Source of the DNA: Deltaproteobacteria bacterium
GTDB taxonomy: Bacteria; Myxococcota; Kuafuiibacteriia; Kuafuiibacteriales; Kuafuiibacteriaceae
Assembly: GCA_040218735.1 (NCBI GenBank)
Contig: JAVJQW010000046.1
Location: 192,001-256,000 of the forward strand
DNA: 64,000 nucleotides
Direction of reading: 5' to 3'
Below the pieces are notes generated by a model. The model did no database searches. It was given only the letters and a program-made list of their open reading frames with translations, and was not told the DNA's origin. This document shows positions 27,834-37,578 of this stretch, one piece after another; position 1 is the stretch's first letter, and each line of letters starts with the position of its first letter. The translations under genes were made by a program, and so were the position numbers.

Positions 27834-30154
27834 GCCGGGGCCTCCTGTCCGTCGTGTCGGTAGAGCGGCACGTTCGACGCGGTTACCGCGGCGGCAACGT
27901 CGACGACGTCGGTGACACGTTCGTCGATCACCACCGACCCGACCACGGCGCCCGAGGACTCGAACCGGTGGATCACGAGGTCGTCGTCCACGATGTCGAG
28001 GATCTCCTGCACGACCAGGCCGACCTGCGCGCCGTTGTGGCGATACACGATCACCTCCACGACGTCGTCGTCGCGGCTCGGGCGCTGAAGTCCGAGCGCG
28101 TCGGCGAGGTAGACCAGCGGCAGGATCCGTCCGCGGTACTGGAGCACGCTGGTTCGACCCGAGCTCTCGATTCGCGAGGCGGGGAGCTCCTCCAGACGTG
28201 ACACGGTCGACAGCGGAATCGCGACGCGGTGGTCTTCGCCCGCCGTGAACAGAAGGAGGGTCTCCTGGCGACCGGAGCTGGCGTCGTTCTCCGACTCGAG
28301 CTCACGCGCCTGCCGGTCACCGCGTTCGTGCAGCCCGGCGACCTGCGCGATGCCCAACACGTCGAGGATCAGCGCCACCGAGCCGTCGCCCATGATCGTC
28401 GCGCCCGAGAACGTGACGATGTCGTTGAGGAGGCTCGCGAGCGGCTTCACGACGATCTCCTCGGTGTCGTTGATCTCGTCGACGACGAGGCCGAAGCTCT
28501 GCCCGTCCGCTTGCAGCACGACGATGTTCACGATCGGCTCGTCGTCACTCTCGGGGCGCTCGACCGGTGGGTGATCGAGGACTTCGTCGAGGTAGATCAG
28601 CGGGAGGAGGTTGCCGCGGAGTCGGTGAACCGGGACCCCCTGGATACGTTCGATTCCACGGACCGCCGTCTCACCTTCCAGCCGGACCAGCTCGAGCAAG
28701 CTGACTTGCGGGAGCGCGTACCGTTGCTCGCGGCACGTCACGGTCAGCGCGGGGATGATCGCGAGCGTCAGAGGGATCTTGATCTTGAGCGCGCTGCCCT
28801 GACCGTAGGAGCTGTTGATGTCCACGGCGCCGCCGATGCGCTCGATGTTCGATCGCACGACGTCCATCCCGACGCCGCGGCCGGAGATGTTCGTGACCTT
28901 CTCCGCGGTCGAGAAGCCGGGGAGGAAGATCAGGCTGAGGATCTCGCGGGTGCCGAGGCGGACCGCTTCCTCCGGACCGATGAGCCCCTTGTCGAGCGCC
29001 TTGCGCAAGACACGTTGCGGATCGATTCCGCCGCCATCGTCGCTGATCTCGATGTTGACCTGCCCACCCTCGTGGTATGCGCGACACACCACGGTGCCCT
29101 CGGCGGGTTTGCCGGCCGAGACGCGCTCCTCCGGCGACTCGATCCCGTGGTCCGCCGCGTTGCGGATGATGTGCGTGAGGGGGTCCTTGATCGCTTCGAG
29201 GATCGTTTTGTCGAGCTCGGTCTCCTGGCCTTCGAGCTCGAGCTTGATCTTCTTCCCGCACGTCGCGGCGAGGTCGCGGATGATTCGCGGGAACTTCGAC
29301 CAAACGTTTCCGATCGGCTGCATCCGCGTCTTCATGACGCTGTCCTGCAGCTCGCTGGTGATGTGGTTGAGGCGCTGCGCCGTGGCGTTGAGTGCGGCGT
29401 CGGAGTTCTGCGTCGTGTGCTGGAGCACCTGGTTGCGCGCGAGCACAAGCTCACCGACCAGCGTCATCAGGTTGTCGAGGAGGCCGACGTCGACGCGGAT
29501 CGACGCGTCGGCGACCGCGCCGGATGATTCTTTCTGAGACGCTCGCTTCGTCGGTTCGGGCTTGGGCGCGGCCTTCGGCGCCGGGGCGGGGGCCGGGGCG
29601 GCCGGTGGCGTGGGCTCGGGCGCGCTCGCCGCGACCTCCTCCGGCTTGGTGCGACGCTTCGCCTTGACCGGCTTGAAGTCGATCATCGCCTGCGGCAACG
29701 GCGCCTCGTCGGCCGCCGCCTCGACGACGGGCTCCGGCTCCGGTTCCGGCTCCGGCGGTGCCTCCTCGGGCGCGCCGACGCCGGCGCCGAGGCGCTCGAG
29801 CTCCGCGATCAGCTCCGGATAGTCCTTGCTGCCCTCGTTCCCGTCCGCCTCGATGCACGCCATGATCTCGCGCACGGCGTCCACCAGCGTCAGGAGCGCG
29901 CTGATGATCTCCGGCGTGATCTGGAGATCACCGTCACGGAGGTGCGAGAGCAGGCTCTCGCCGACGTGGGTGACCGCCTCGAGCTTCGAGAACGCCAAGA
30001 ACCCACACGTGCCCTTGATCGTATGGATGCACCTGAAGATGTTGGCGATCAGGTCCTTGTCGCCCGGATTCTGCTCCAGGGCGACGAAGTCGTTGTCCAG
30101 CTGATCGAGGCCTTCCAGACTCTCGACGAGAAATTCGGTGACGATGTCGTCCAT
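27830..30154 (-). CDS. cheA: Chemotaxis histidine kinase with an additional C-terminal CheW domain
   Basis: Hpt 'IFRCIHTIKG', 'RNAADHGIE', 'GRGVGMDVV', two CheW-like domains; start 30154 or 30178. Confidence 0.95.
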   Translation of the reverse strand: MDDIVTEFLVESLEGLDQLDNDFVALEQNPGDKDLIANIFRCIHTIKGTCGFLAFSKLEAVTHVGESLLSHLRDGDLQITPEIISALLTLVDAVREIMACIEADGNEGSKDYPELIAELERLGAGVGAPEEAPPEPEPEPEPVVEAAADEAPLPQAMIDFKPVKAKRRTKPEEVAASAPEPTPPAAPAPAPAPKAAPKPEPTKRASQKESSGAVADASIRVDVGLLDNLMTLVGELVLARNQVLQHTTQNSDAALNATAQRLNHITSELQDSVMKTRMQPIGNVWSKFPRIIRDLAATCGKKIKLELEGQETELDKTILEAIKDPLTHIIRNAADHGIESPEERVSAGKPAEGTVVCRAYHEGGQVNIEISDDGGGIDPQRVLRKALDKGLIGPEEAVRLGTREILSLIFLPGFSTAEKVTNISGRGVGMDVVRSNIERIGGAVDINSSYGQGSALKIKIPLTLAIIPALTVTCREQRYALPQVSLLELVRLEGETAVRGIERIQGVPVHRLRGNLLPLIYLDEVLDHPPVERPESDDEPIVNIVVLQADGQSFGLVVDEINDTEEIVVKPLASLLNDIVTFSGATIMGDGSVALILDVLGIAQVAGLHERGDRQARELESENDASSGRQETLLLFTAGEDHRVAIPLSTVSRLEELPASRIESSGRTSVLQYRGRILPLVYLADALGLQRPSRDDDVVEVIVYRHNGAQVGLVVQEILDIVDDDLVIHRFESSGAVVGSVVIDERVTDVVDVAAAVTASNVPLYRHDGQEAPA

Positions 30155-30207
30155 GTGCGTTGGCTCTTCTGCCTTCATCGGCGAAGAGCCACGCAGCTTG
30201 AGCCGGC

Positions 30208-31230
30208 CTACTCGAGAGGTTGCGGCGTGATGCCGCGGAGGTTCCAGTAGCTGTCCCCGTAATCGAACGACAGCTGCGAGCCCTTCTCGATGTCCTGGTT
30301 GGCGACCAGGATCGCGTGCCAGCTCCCGTCCAGGAACACGTAGCCGACGTCGGCGTTCGGGTTCGAGTCGTGGTTCACGAACCGCGTGTGGTTGCCGGCC
30401 TCGGCAGCGTCGATCGTCGAGAACGGCACGGGCGAGACGTCCGGCGCGGGGTGGTAGCCGATCGCGTACTCGTCCTCGGTCGGGTCGAACGCGAGCCGCC
30501 CCGCCGAGTGCGCGTGGTGCCGCTTCGCGAGGTCGCGGATGTCCGCGTCCGTCGGGATCTTCACCTCGCCGAGGTACTCGCCGAGGAACGTCCCCGCCGG
30601 AATGTCCGCCTCCGCGAAGACACCGTGCCCCGCGTCCCCCGCGGGACGAATCGAGACATTCGGGACGGCCTGGTTGCGAATCGCGTCACCGTATCGCTCG
30701 ACGAGCGCTTCGTGCTCCAGCCACCCGAGCTCGCCGCCGTTCGACAACACCACGTTGTCGATCCAACCGGGCGGGTACTTGTACTTCTCGAAGCGGTGCT
30801 CGAGGCCCTTCAACGGACCGTCCAGCGCACCCCAGAGGTTGGGGCGCTCACCGTCAGACCACAGGTTCGCATCGACCTGGTCGCTCCATTCAAGACACGC
30901 GTTGTCCGTCGGACGCTCCAGTCCATCGAGGAAGCGAATCCCGTGCGCCTCGACCTGCGTCTTCAGACGCGCCTTGTGGATCGCCTGGTCGTCGCGCATC
31001 GCGAGCTGGGGCAGCACGCGGCCGGACGACCCGACGCTCTGCGCGTGGTAGCCGCTCTCGGCGATCGGCGTGAGGCCGTGCGCCGTCGCGATGCGGTCGA
31101 GGTCGAGATCACTCAGCCCGTAGGCCTGCGCCATCTCGCGCACGCGGGTGGGGACGCCGTTTTGCCCCTGCGCGTTGCGCAGCTCGGTGAGGAGCAGTCG
31201 ACGCTTCCCCTCGCTGATCCGCTGCGCCAC
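30208..31230 (-). CDS. SET-domain protein-lysine methyltransferase
   Basis: 'GHGVFA...GEYLGEV', 'IDA...GN.TRFVNH..NPN', 'QLSFDYG..YW'; start uncertain (GTG 31230). Confidence 0.85.
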   Translation of the reverse strand: MAQRISEGKRRLLLTELRNAQGQNGVPTRVREMAQAYGLSDLDLDRIATAHGLTPIAESGYHAQSVGSSGRVLPQLAMRDDQAIHKARLKTQVEAHGIRFLDGLERPTDNACLEWSDQVDANLWSDGERPNLWGALDGPLKGLEHRFEKYKYPPGWIDNVVLSNGGELGWLEHEALVERYGDAIRNQAVPNVSIRPAGDAGHGVFAEADIPAGTFLGEYLGEVKIPTDADIRDLAKRHHAHSAGRLAFDPTEDEYAIGYHPAPDVSPVPFSTIDAAEAGNHTRFVNHDSNPNADVGYVFLDGSWHAILVANQDIEKGSQLSFDYGDSYWNLRGITPQPLE

Positions 31231-31241
31231 GAGTTCGATCG

Positions 31242-32090
31242 CTAGCAGGCTTCGCGGAGGTTGGCGAGCAACCAGGTGGGCCGGGCTTCCGGCTCCAGGT
31301 CCTCCGGGATGGACTTCGTGAGCCCCCACTGCGCGAGCGCCGCGTCGATGCCAAATGCCCGCGCGCCCCGGATGTCCGTCGCGATCTGGTCGCCGATCAT
31401 CACGCAGCGCTCGGTCCCGACGCGACGCACCGCGGCGTCGAAGATCGCGGCGTGGGGCTTTCCGAGTCGGTCGAACGTGAAGTCGAGGCCCCAGAACCGC
31501 GTCCGGATCGCGTTCTCGATCAGCAGCGCGATGCTGCCCGCCGCGAAGCCGAACGCCCCCTCGGCCTGCGGGTAGATGAGGTCGGGGTTGGGGAGGACCA
31601 TCCGGAAGTCGCGGCCAGCTTCGAGCTGCGCGAACACGATCGACATCGCGCGCTCCACGCCGGGGAGGAAGTCGTAGCCGGCCTCGTCACCCGCGACGAC
31701 GACATCGAACCAACCCTCGGCCGCGTCACACGGCACCGGCTCGCCGCCGGCGCGCTCCACGTACCGGCACGTGTCGTCGGGGCCGATCACCAGGGTTCGG
31801 GCTCCGTCGAGACCGTGCCGGGCGAAGTAGTCCGTGAGCAGGCTCCCGGAGGTGACGACGCGCTCCGCGCGGATCGGGACGCCGCGCCCTCCGTAGATGC
31901 GGGCGCTCGTCGTCTCCAGCTTCGAGGCGTCGTTCGTGACGATCGCGTACGGCTTGTCTTCGCGCTCGAGTCGCTCGATCAGGTCCGCCGCGCCGGGCAG
32001 GGCGCCGCTCGCGTCGACGAGGACGCCGTACGCGTCGATCAACAACGCTTCGTAGCGCTCGATGAGCGCATCGACGGTCGTGGCCTCCAA
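31242..32090 (-). CDS. HAD-IIA family hydrolase (NagD-like)
   Basis: 'IDAYGVL', 'VTND', 'NPD', 'GKPH', 'MIGDQIATDI'. Confidence 0.9.
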   Translation of the reverse strand: MEATTVDALIERYEALLIDAYGVLVDASGALPGAADLIERLEREDKPYAIVTNDASKLETTSARIYGGRGVPIRAERVVTSGSLLTDYFARHGLDGARTLVIGPDDTCRYVERAGGEPVPCDAAEGWFDVVVAGDEAGYDFLPGVERAMSIVFAQLEAGRDFRMVLPNPDLIYPQAEGAFGFAAGSIALLIENAIRTRFWGLDFTFDRLGKPHAAIFDAAVRRVGTERCVMIGDQIATDIRGARAFGIDAALAQWGLTKSIPEDLEPEARPTWLLANLREAC

Positions 32091-32094
32091 CGGT

Positions 32095-33453
32095 TCAGCT
32101 ACCCGCGACGGTCATCTTCGCGACGCGGAACGTCGGCGTCGCGAAGCGCGCCTTCGGATCGAGGTCGCTCCCGACCGCGTCGATGTTCTTCCACAGCTCG
32201 TCGAAGTTCAGGCTGATCGTGATCTCGCCGACCGGGTACTTCATCTCGCCGTCTTCGATCCAGAACCCCTCCGCGCCGCGCGAGAAGTCGCCGGTCACCG
32301 CAGAGAAGCCGAAGCCCATCATCGACGTCACGTAGAGCCCGGCCTTCACGTCCTTCACGATCTCCTCCGGCGAGGTCTCGCCCGGGAGGAGGTGGAAGTT
32401 CGTCGGCGCGACCGACGGCCGCCCCGAGTAACCGCGTGACGCGCTGCCGGTGCTCTCCTTGCCGAGCTTCCGCGCCGCGTAGGAGTCCATCAGGTACGTG
32501 CGGAGCACGCCGGCCTCGACGACGACGTTCTTGCGGGCCTCGAGCCCCTCGCCGTCGAACGGCTTCGAGCCCGGGCCGCGCGGCAGCAGCGGATCGTCGA
32601 CGATCGTCACGAGCGGGCACGCGACCGCGTCACCCTCGCGGTCGCACAGGTACGAAGCGCGCTGATACACCGCGCGTCCGTCGATGCACGAGAACAGCAG
32701 CGACAGCAGCGCGCGTCCGGCGTCGGGGTGGAACACGACGGGGACCTGAGCGCTCGGCACCTTCTTCGCGCCGAGCTTCGCGAGCGTGCGCCGCGCGGCC
32801 TCTTCGCCGATGTCCTTCGCGCCGCGCATCATCTCGACGTGCCGACGCGCGTCCCAGTCGTAGGCGGTGCGCTTCTTCCCGCCTTCGTCGTCCGCGAGCG
32901 GACTCACCGACAGGCTCTGGTAGGTGCCTTGGTAGCCACCCGAGAAGCCGCCGGAGGTGACGAGCGCCATCGCGCTCCGCGTGCGGGAGTAGTTCGCGCC
33001 TTCGCTGTTGGTGATCCGTTCGTCGTAGTCGAGCGCGGCGACCTCCGCCTCGAGTGCGAGCTCGGCGGCGCGTTTGGCGTCGATGTCGGCGCCGGTCGGG
33101 TCGAACAGGTCGAGCTCGGCGAACGACTTCGCGAGCAGCGACGGGTCCGGCGGCGCCGCGAGCGGGTCCGGCTCGGACAGCGCCGCGAGCTCCATCGCGT
33201 CCGCGACGAGCAGCTCGAGCCCGGCGTCGGTGGTGTCGCTGGTGTACGTGGCCGCGGACTTGTCGTCCTTGATGACGCGCAGACCGACGGTGTGGCTCCC
33301 GGCCTCTTCGATCAGCTCGCGCTCGCGCACGCGTACGCGCGTCGACAGCTCTTCGCTGCTGCTGCTCAAGACCTCGGCGACATCCGCGCCCTGCTTCTTC
33401 GCGGCCTCGACGATCCGCGCGCCGAGCGCCTGTAGCTCTTCGACCGACTTCAT
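32095..33453 (-). CDS. pmbA: TldE/PmbA family metalloprotease subunit
   Basis: 'PFDGEG', 'TGDFSRGAEG', no HExxH; TGATG overlap with tldD. Confidence 0.9.
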   Translation of the reverse strand: MKSVEELQALGARIVEAAKKQGADVAEVLSSSSEELSTRVRVRERELIEEAGSHTVGLRVIKDDKSAATYTSDTTDAGLELLVADAMELAALSEPDPLAAPPDPSLLAKSFAELDLFDPTGADIDAKRAAELALEAEVAALDYDERITNSEGANYSRTRSAMALVTSGGFSGGYQGTYQSLSVSPLADDEGGKKRTAYDWDARRHVEMMRGAKDIGEEAARRTLAKLGAKKVPSAQVPVVFHPDAGRALLSLLFSCIDGRAVYQRASYLCDREGDAVACPLVTIVDDPLLPRGPGSKPFDGEGLEARKNVVVEAGVLRTYLMDSYAARKLGKESTGSASRGYSGRPSVAPTNFHLLPGETSPEEIVKDVKAGLYVTSMMGFGFSAVTGDFSRGAEGFWIEDGEMKYPVGEITISLNFDELWKNIDAVGSDLDPKARFATPTFRVAKMTVAGS

Positions 33454-34895
33454 CAGCTGCCCACCTGCGTTCCGCCCACCGTGATCGACGCGATGCGCGT
33501 CGTCGGGCATCCGACCCCGACGGGCACCGACTGCCCGTCCTTACCGCACGTCCAGATGCCGTCCGACAGCTCGACGTCGGTGCCGAGCATGTCGACCTTC
33601 CTCAGCACGTCCGGCCCGTTGCCGATCAGGTTCACACCCTTGAGCGGCGCGGTGATCTTGCCGTCTTCGATCAGGTAGCTCTCCGTCAGCGAGAACACGA
33701 AGTCACCGTTCGAGATGTTCACCGAGCCGCCCGAGAAGCGCTTCGCGAACACCCCCTTCTTCACGCTCGCGATGATCTCCTCCGGCGTGTGCGGCCCGGC
33801 CGTCATGATCGTGTTCGTCATGCGCGGCATCGGCACGTGCCGGAAGGTCTCGCGCCGGCCGTTGCCGGACTTGGTGTCGAAGTACTTCGCGCTCTGGCGG
33901 TCCTGCATGTAACCGCGCAGCACGCCGTTCTCGATCAGCGTGACCGGCTCGGCGACGTTGCCCTCGTCGTCGACGTTGATGCTGCCGCGAGCGTTCGGGT
34001 AGCTCGGATCGTCGACGACGCTCACCAGCTCGCTCGCCACGACGTTGCCGACCTGGTCCGTGTAGTTCGAAGTCTTCTTGCGGTTGAAGTCCGCCTCGAG
34101 CCCGTGCCCGACCGCCTCGTGCAGCAGGATCCCGCTGTCACCGGGTGCGAGCACGACCGTCATCTCGCCGGCCGGTGCTTCCTGCGCGTGCAGCATGTCG
34201 ATCGCGATGCGCGCGGCCTCGCGACCGTGGTCCTCGGGTTTGTTGCCCTTGGTGAGGAAGTAGTCGAGGCCCACGCGCCCGCCGCCGCCGCCGCGGCCGG
34301 ACTGACGTTTGTCGCCGTCCTCGGCGATCGCCATGACGTTGAAGCGCAAGATGGGTTGACGGTCGTGCGCGAGTGCGCCGTCGCTCGTCGCGACGAGGAC
34401 CTCGCGGACGTTCTCGACGAGCGAGCACTTCACACGTTGGATGCGTGAGTCATAGTTGCGCGCGGCGACGTCGGCACGCCGGAGGATCTCGCGTTTGGTC
34501 GCGCCCTCCACGTCGAGTGTGAGGTGCTCGTACGGGTAGCGGTTCGGGAGGTGTTTCTTCGCGAGGGCTTCGAGCTCGGCGCCGTTGCCGCCGCTCGCGA
34601 TCTGCGCGGCGGTCTTCGCGGCCGCGAGCATCGCGTCCTCGGTGAGTTGCTCGGTGTACGCGAACCCGGTGCCGTCGCCCTTGAGGACGCGGACCCCGAG
34701 GCCCATCGTCACGCCGCGCGTGGCGTTCTCGAGGATGCCCTCGTCCCAGCTGAGCGTGCCGCTCGCGCGGTACTCGAAGAAGAGGTCGGCGTAGTCGCCG
34801 CCGGCGGAGAGCGCCGTGGAGAGGAGTCGTCCGAGGAAGGTCTCGTCGATCGGCTCGGCCCCGTCGGGGGCGAAGGGCGCGCTATGTCTGGACAT
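33453..34895 (-). CDS. tldD: TldD metalloprotease
   Basis: 'LLHEAVGHGLEAD', 'PRMTNT', 'CGKDGQSVPV'. Confidence 0.93.
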   Translation of the reverse strand: MSRHSAPFAPDGAEPIDETFLGRLLSTALSAGGDYADLFFEYRASGTLSWDEGILENATRGVTMGLGVRVLKGDGTGFAYTEQLTEDAMLAAAKTAAQIASGGNGAELEALAKKHLPNRYPYEHLTLDVEGATKREILRRADVAARNYDSRIQRVKCSLVENVREVLVATSDGALAHDRQPILRFNVMAIAEDGDKRQSGRGGGGGRVGLDYFLTKGNKPEDHGREAARIAIDMLHAQEAPAGEMTVVLAPGDSGILLHEAVGHGLEADFNRKKTSNYTDQVGNVVASELVSVVDDPSYPNARGSINVDDEGNVAEPVTLIENGVLRGYMQDRQSAKYFDTKSGNGRRETFRHVPMPRMTNTIMTAGPHTPEEIIASVKKGVFAKRFSGGSVNISNGDFVFSLTESYLIEDGKITAPLKGVNLIGNGPDVLRKVDMLGTDVELSDGIWTCGKDGQSVPVGVGCPTTRIASITVGGTQVGS

Positions 34896-35628
34896 GGGAT
34901 TCGATCCTATCACTCACGAGGGTACGCATCAGTCGAACGCCGCGGATCGAACGCACGCCGTGCCAGCAGCAGTCGTCCCCGCTGACGAGCCGCGTCCGGT
35001 CCAACCCCTCTACGGCGAGTTCTGCTTGGTGTTTCGCCTTGAACGGGAACGGCTCGTCGGGGAGGAAGACGACGTCGGGGTGTTTCGCGCGGAGGTCGTC
35101 GAGCGTGACCGCCGGGTAGCGGTCGGGGGCGTCGCCGAAGACGTTGATACCGCCCGCGCGGCCGAGGAGGTCGGCGACGTAGGTGTCGTCGTTCACGCTC
35201 ATCCAGGGGTCGCGCCAGATGAGGTACGCGTAGGTGAAGCCGGGTTTTTCGTCGGCTTCGAGGGCGGCGATCCGGGCTTCGAGCTCGACCGCGCGGCGCT
35301 CGGCGATCTCGGTCGCGCCGGTCAAGTCGCCGAGGCGGCGCAGCTCGGCCGGGACGTCGGTGACGCGCTTGGGGAGCGAGGTCTCGACCGGGACGCCCTT
35401 CGCGGTGAGCGCTTCGAAGTCTTCGCGACGGTTCTCCTCTTCGTTGAGGAGGACGAGGTCCGGGCGGGCCGCGAGGATGAGGTCGAGGTCGGGGTCCTTG
35501 GTGCCGCCGACCTTGGGGAGCCGAGCGACGACGTCCGCGGGGTGAATGCAGAACTTGGTGACGCCGACGATCTGTTCGGCGAGACCGAAGTCGATCAGCG
35601 TCTCCGTGATCGACGGACACAGTGACAC
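34882..35628 (-). CDS. Helical-backbone metal/cobalamin-binding protein (BtuF-like)
   Basis: 'VSLCPSITETL', 'VGVTKFC.HP', 'GGTK.P', 'EPFPF'; start uncertain (GTG 35628 or ATG 35658). Confidence 0.82.
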   Translation of the reverse strand: MSLCPSITETLIDFGLAEQIVGVTKFCIHPADVVARLPKVGGTKDPDLDLILAARPDLVLLNEEENRREDFEALTAKGVPVETSLPKRVTDVPAELRRLGDLTGATEIAERRAVELEARIAALEADEKPGFTYAYLIWRDPWMSVNDDTYVADLLGRAGGINVFGDAPDRYPAVTLDDLRAKHPDVVFLPDEPFPFKAKHQAELAVEGLDRTRLVSGDDCCWHGVRSIRGVRLMRTLVSDRIESHVQT

Positions 35629-35656
35629 GATCCGACTTTTTGCGTAGACCTCACCC

Positions 35657-36241
35657 ATGAGTCGGTTCAAGCGAATCTGCGTCTTCTGCGGATCGCAAGA
35701 GGGAAACAGCCCGGTCTACAGCGAGAACGCGATCAAGGTGGGCAAGATGCTCGCCGAGCGCGGCATCGGGCTCGTGTACGGCGGCGGCAAGGTCGGGTTG
35801 ATGGGGCACGTGGCGAACGCGGCGCTCGTCGGCGGCGCGGAGGTCATGGGTGTGATCCCCGAGAAGCTGATGAGCAAGGAGGTCGCCCACGCCGGGCTGA
35901 CCGAGATGTTCGTGGTCGAGAGCATGCACGCGCGCAAGGCGATGATGGCGCACCTGTCGCAGGCATTCGTCGTGTTGCCGGGGGCGTGGGGCACGATGGA
36001 GGAGATGTTCGAGGTCCTGACCTGGACGCAGCTCCGCTACCACACCAAGCCGATCGGGATGCTCAACGTGAACGGCTACTACGACGCGCTCCTCGCGTTC
36101 GCGGACAGCGCGGTGGAGCAAGGTTTCTTGCGGCCCGAGCACCGGAAGCTGTTGGTGTCGGCGACGGATCCCGCGGAGCTGCTCGACGCGTTGGAGGCGA
36201 CCGAGATCCCCGACGATACGCGCTGGATCGACAAGGTATGA
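35657..36241 (+). CDS. LOG family nucleotide phosphoribohydrolase
   Basis: 'ICVFCGS', 'VYGGG.VGLMG', 'MHARK', 'PGAWGTMEE'. Confidence 0.92.
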   Translation: MSRFKRICVFCGSQEGNSPVYSENAIKVGKMLAERGIGLVYGGGKVGLMGHVANAALVGGAEVMGVIPEKLMSKEVAHAGLTEMFVVESMHARKAMMAHLSQAFVVLPGAWGTMEEMFEVLTWTQLRYHTKPIGMLNVNGYYDALLAFADSAVEQGFLRPEHRKLLVSATDPAELLDALEATEIPDDTRWIDKV

Positions 36242-37158
36242 CGGCGACCCGCGGCGACCATCACGTGCGCGGGATGCGCCTCGCGTATCACACGTGGGGC
36301 GCGCCTTCGTCGCCCGCGGTGTTGGTGCTGCACGGATTCATGGATCACGGCCGCGCGTACGCGCCGGCGGTGGAGCTGCTCGAGCGTGACCTCTACGTCA
36401 TCGCGCCGGACCTGCGCGGACACGGCGCGTCGGACTGGGTGGGCGCCGGCGGCTACTATCACTTCTACGACTACTTCTTCGACGTGCGCGCGTTGCTGCG
36501 GCACCTCGCGGTGGAGCGCTTCTCGATCGTCGGTCACTCGATGGGCGGGAGCGTCGCGACCGGCTTCGCGGCGTTGAACGCCGCGCGCGTGGAGCGCGTG
36601 ATGTTGTTGGAGGGGATGGGGCCGCCGTTCTCCAAGCTCGCGGACACGGTCACGCGCCTGTCGCAGTGGTCGGAGGCGCTCGAGTGGGATCGGGTCTCGG
36701 GCGACGTCGCGACGCGCCGGGCCAAGCGGCGCGTGATGAAGGACGAGGCCGACGCGGCCTCGAAGCTCCGCGGCATGAACCCGCGACTGTCGGAGGTGCT
36801 CGCGCTGCGCCTGGCGTCGACCTTCACCGAGCCATCCGAGGACGGGACGGGCGTGGTGTGGTGCTACGATCCGCTGCACCGAACGCCCGCCGCCAAGCCG
36901 TTCGTCCGCGAGGAAGCCGAGGCCTACTGGTCGACGCTCTCCATGCCGGTCTTGTCCCTGTACGGCGAGCACGGCTGGGCCCCCGACGACGTCGCCGAGC
37001 GCCACGCCATCGTCCCGGATCTGCGCACGCGCCAGGTGCTCGGCGCCGGCCACAACATCCACCACGACAAACCCGCGACGGTCGCGCGCCTGATGGAGGC
37101 GTTCCTCGGCGACGGAGAGGTGCCCGCCCTGGAGGACGTGGTGTCGGTGTCTCGATGA
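36238..37158 (+). CDS. Alpha/beta fold hydrolase
   Basis: 'LHGFMD', 'PDLRGHG', GHSMGG, 'GHNIHHD'; ATGA overlap. Confidence 0.9.
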   Translation: MTATRGDHHVRGMRLAYHTWGAPSSPAVLVLHGFMDHGRAYAPAVELLERDLYVIAPDLRGHGASDWVGAGGYYHFYDYFFDVRALLRHLAVERFSIVGHSMGGSVATGFAALNAARVERVMLLEGMGPPFSKLADTVTRLSQWSEALEWDRVSGDVATRRAKRRVMKDEADAASKLRGMNPRLSEVLALRLASTFTEPSEDGTGVVWCYDPLHRTPAAKPFVREEAEAYWSTLSMPVLSLYGEHGWAPDDVAERHAIVPDLRTRQVLGAGHNIHHDKPATVARLMEAFLGDGEVPALEDVVSVSR

Positions 37159-37553
37159 TCAAGCTTTCGGACATCGTTCCGTTCGATGGAGTGGCGTGGA
37201 GCGACGTACCGGATCTTCCTGGCGTCTACGTGATCTACGACCGCGACGAGGTCATCTACGTCGGAATGGCGGGGCGCAACGGCGGCGGCAGTCTGAGGAA
37301 GAGGCTCAAGGACCACGGGTCGGGGCAGATCGTGAACATGTTCGCGCAGTATCTCTTCCTGGCACGCGTACAGTTCGTTCCCGCGGAGCGCATTACTCAT
37401 CCGAGGGCCGCGAAGGTCGCGTGCCGAAGATACATCGACGACCACTGCGCCTTCCGCTGGGTTGTCGCCGACTCCGGGGCCGCCGCGCGTCTGCTCGAAC
37501 GAGAGCTGCGCGTTTCCTTGAGACCGGTGTTCAACGCGTTGGCTCCGGACTGA
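37155..37553 (+). CDS. Small GIY-YIG nuclease-family protein
   Basis: 'PGVYVIY...IYVGMAG...LRKRL..H', terminal 'E...P.FN'; ATGA overlap. Confidence 0.75.
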   Translation: MIKLSDIVPFDGVAWSDVPDLPGVYVIYDRDEVIYVGMAGRNGGGSLRKRLKDHGSGQIVNMFAQYLFLARVQFVPAERITHPRAAKVACRRYIDDHCAFRWVVADSGAAARLLERELRVSLRPVFNALAPD

Positions 37554-37578
37554 TGCCGAAGCTGGTATCCTCCCGCCC

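Noticed and set aside
32095-34895. tldD/tldE as part of a RiPP biosynthetic cluster
   Set aside because: No precursor peptide, YcaO or radical SAM enzyme, or exporter nearby; a housekeeping pair is more likely.
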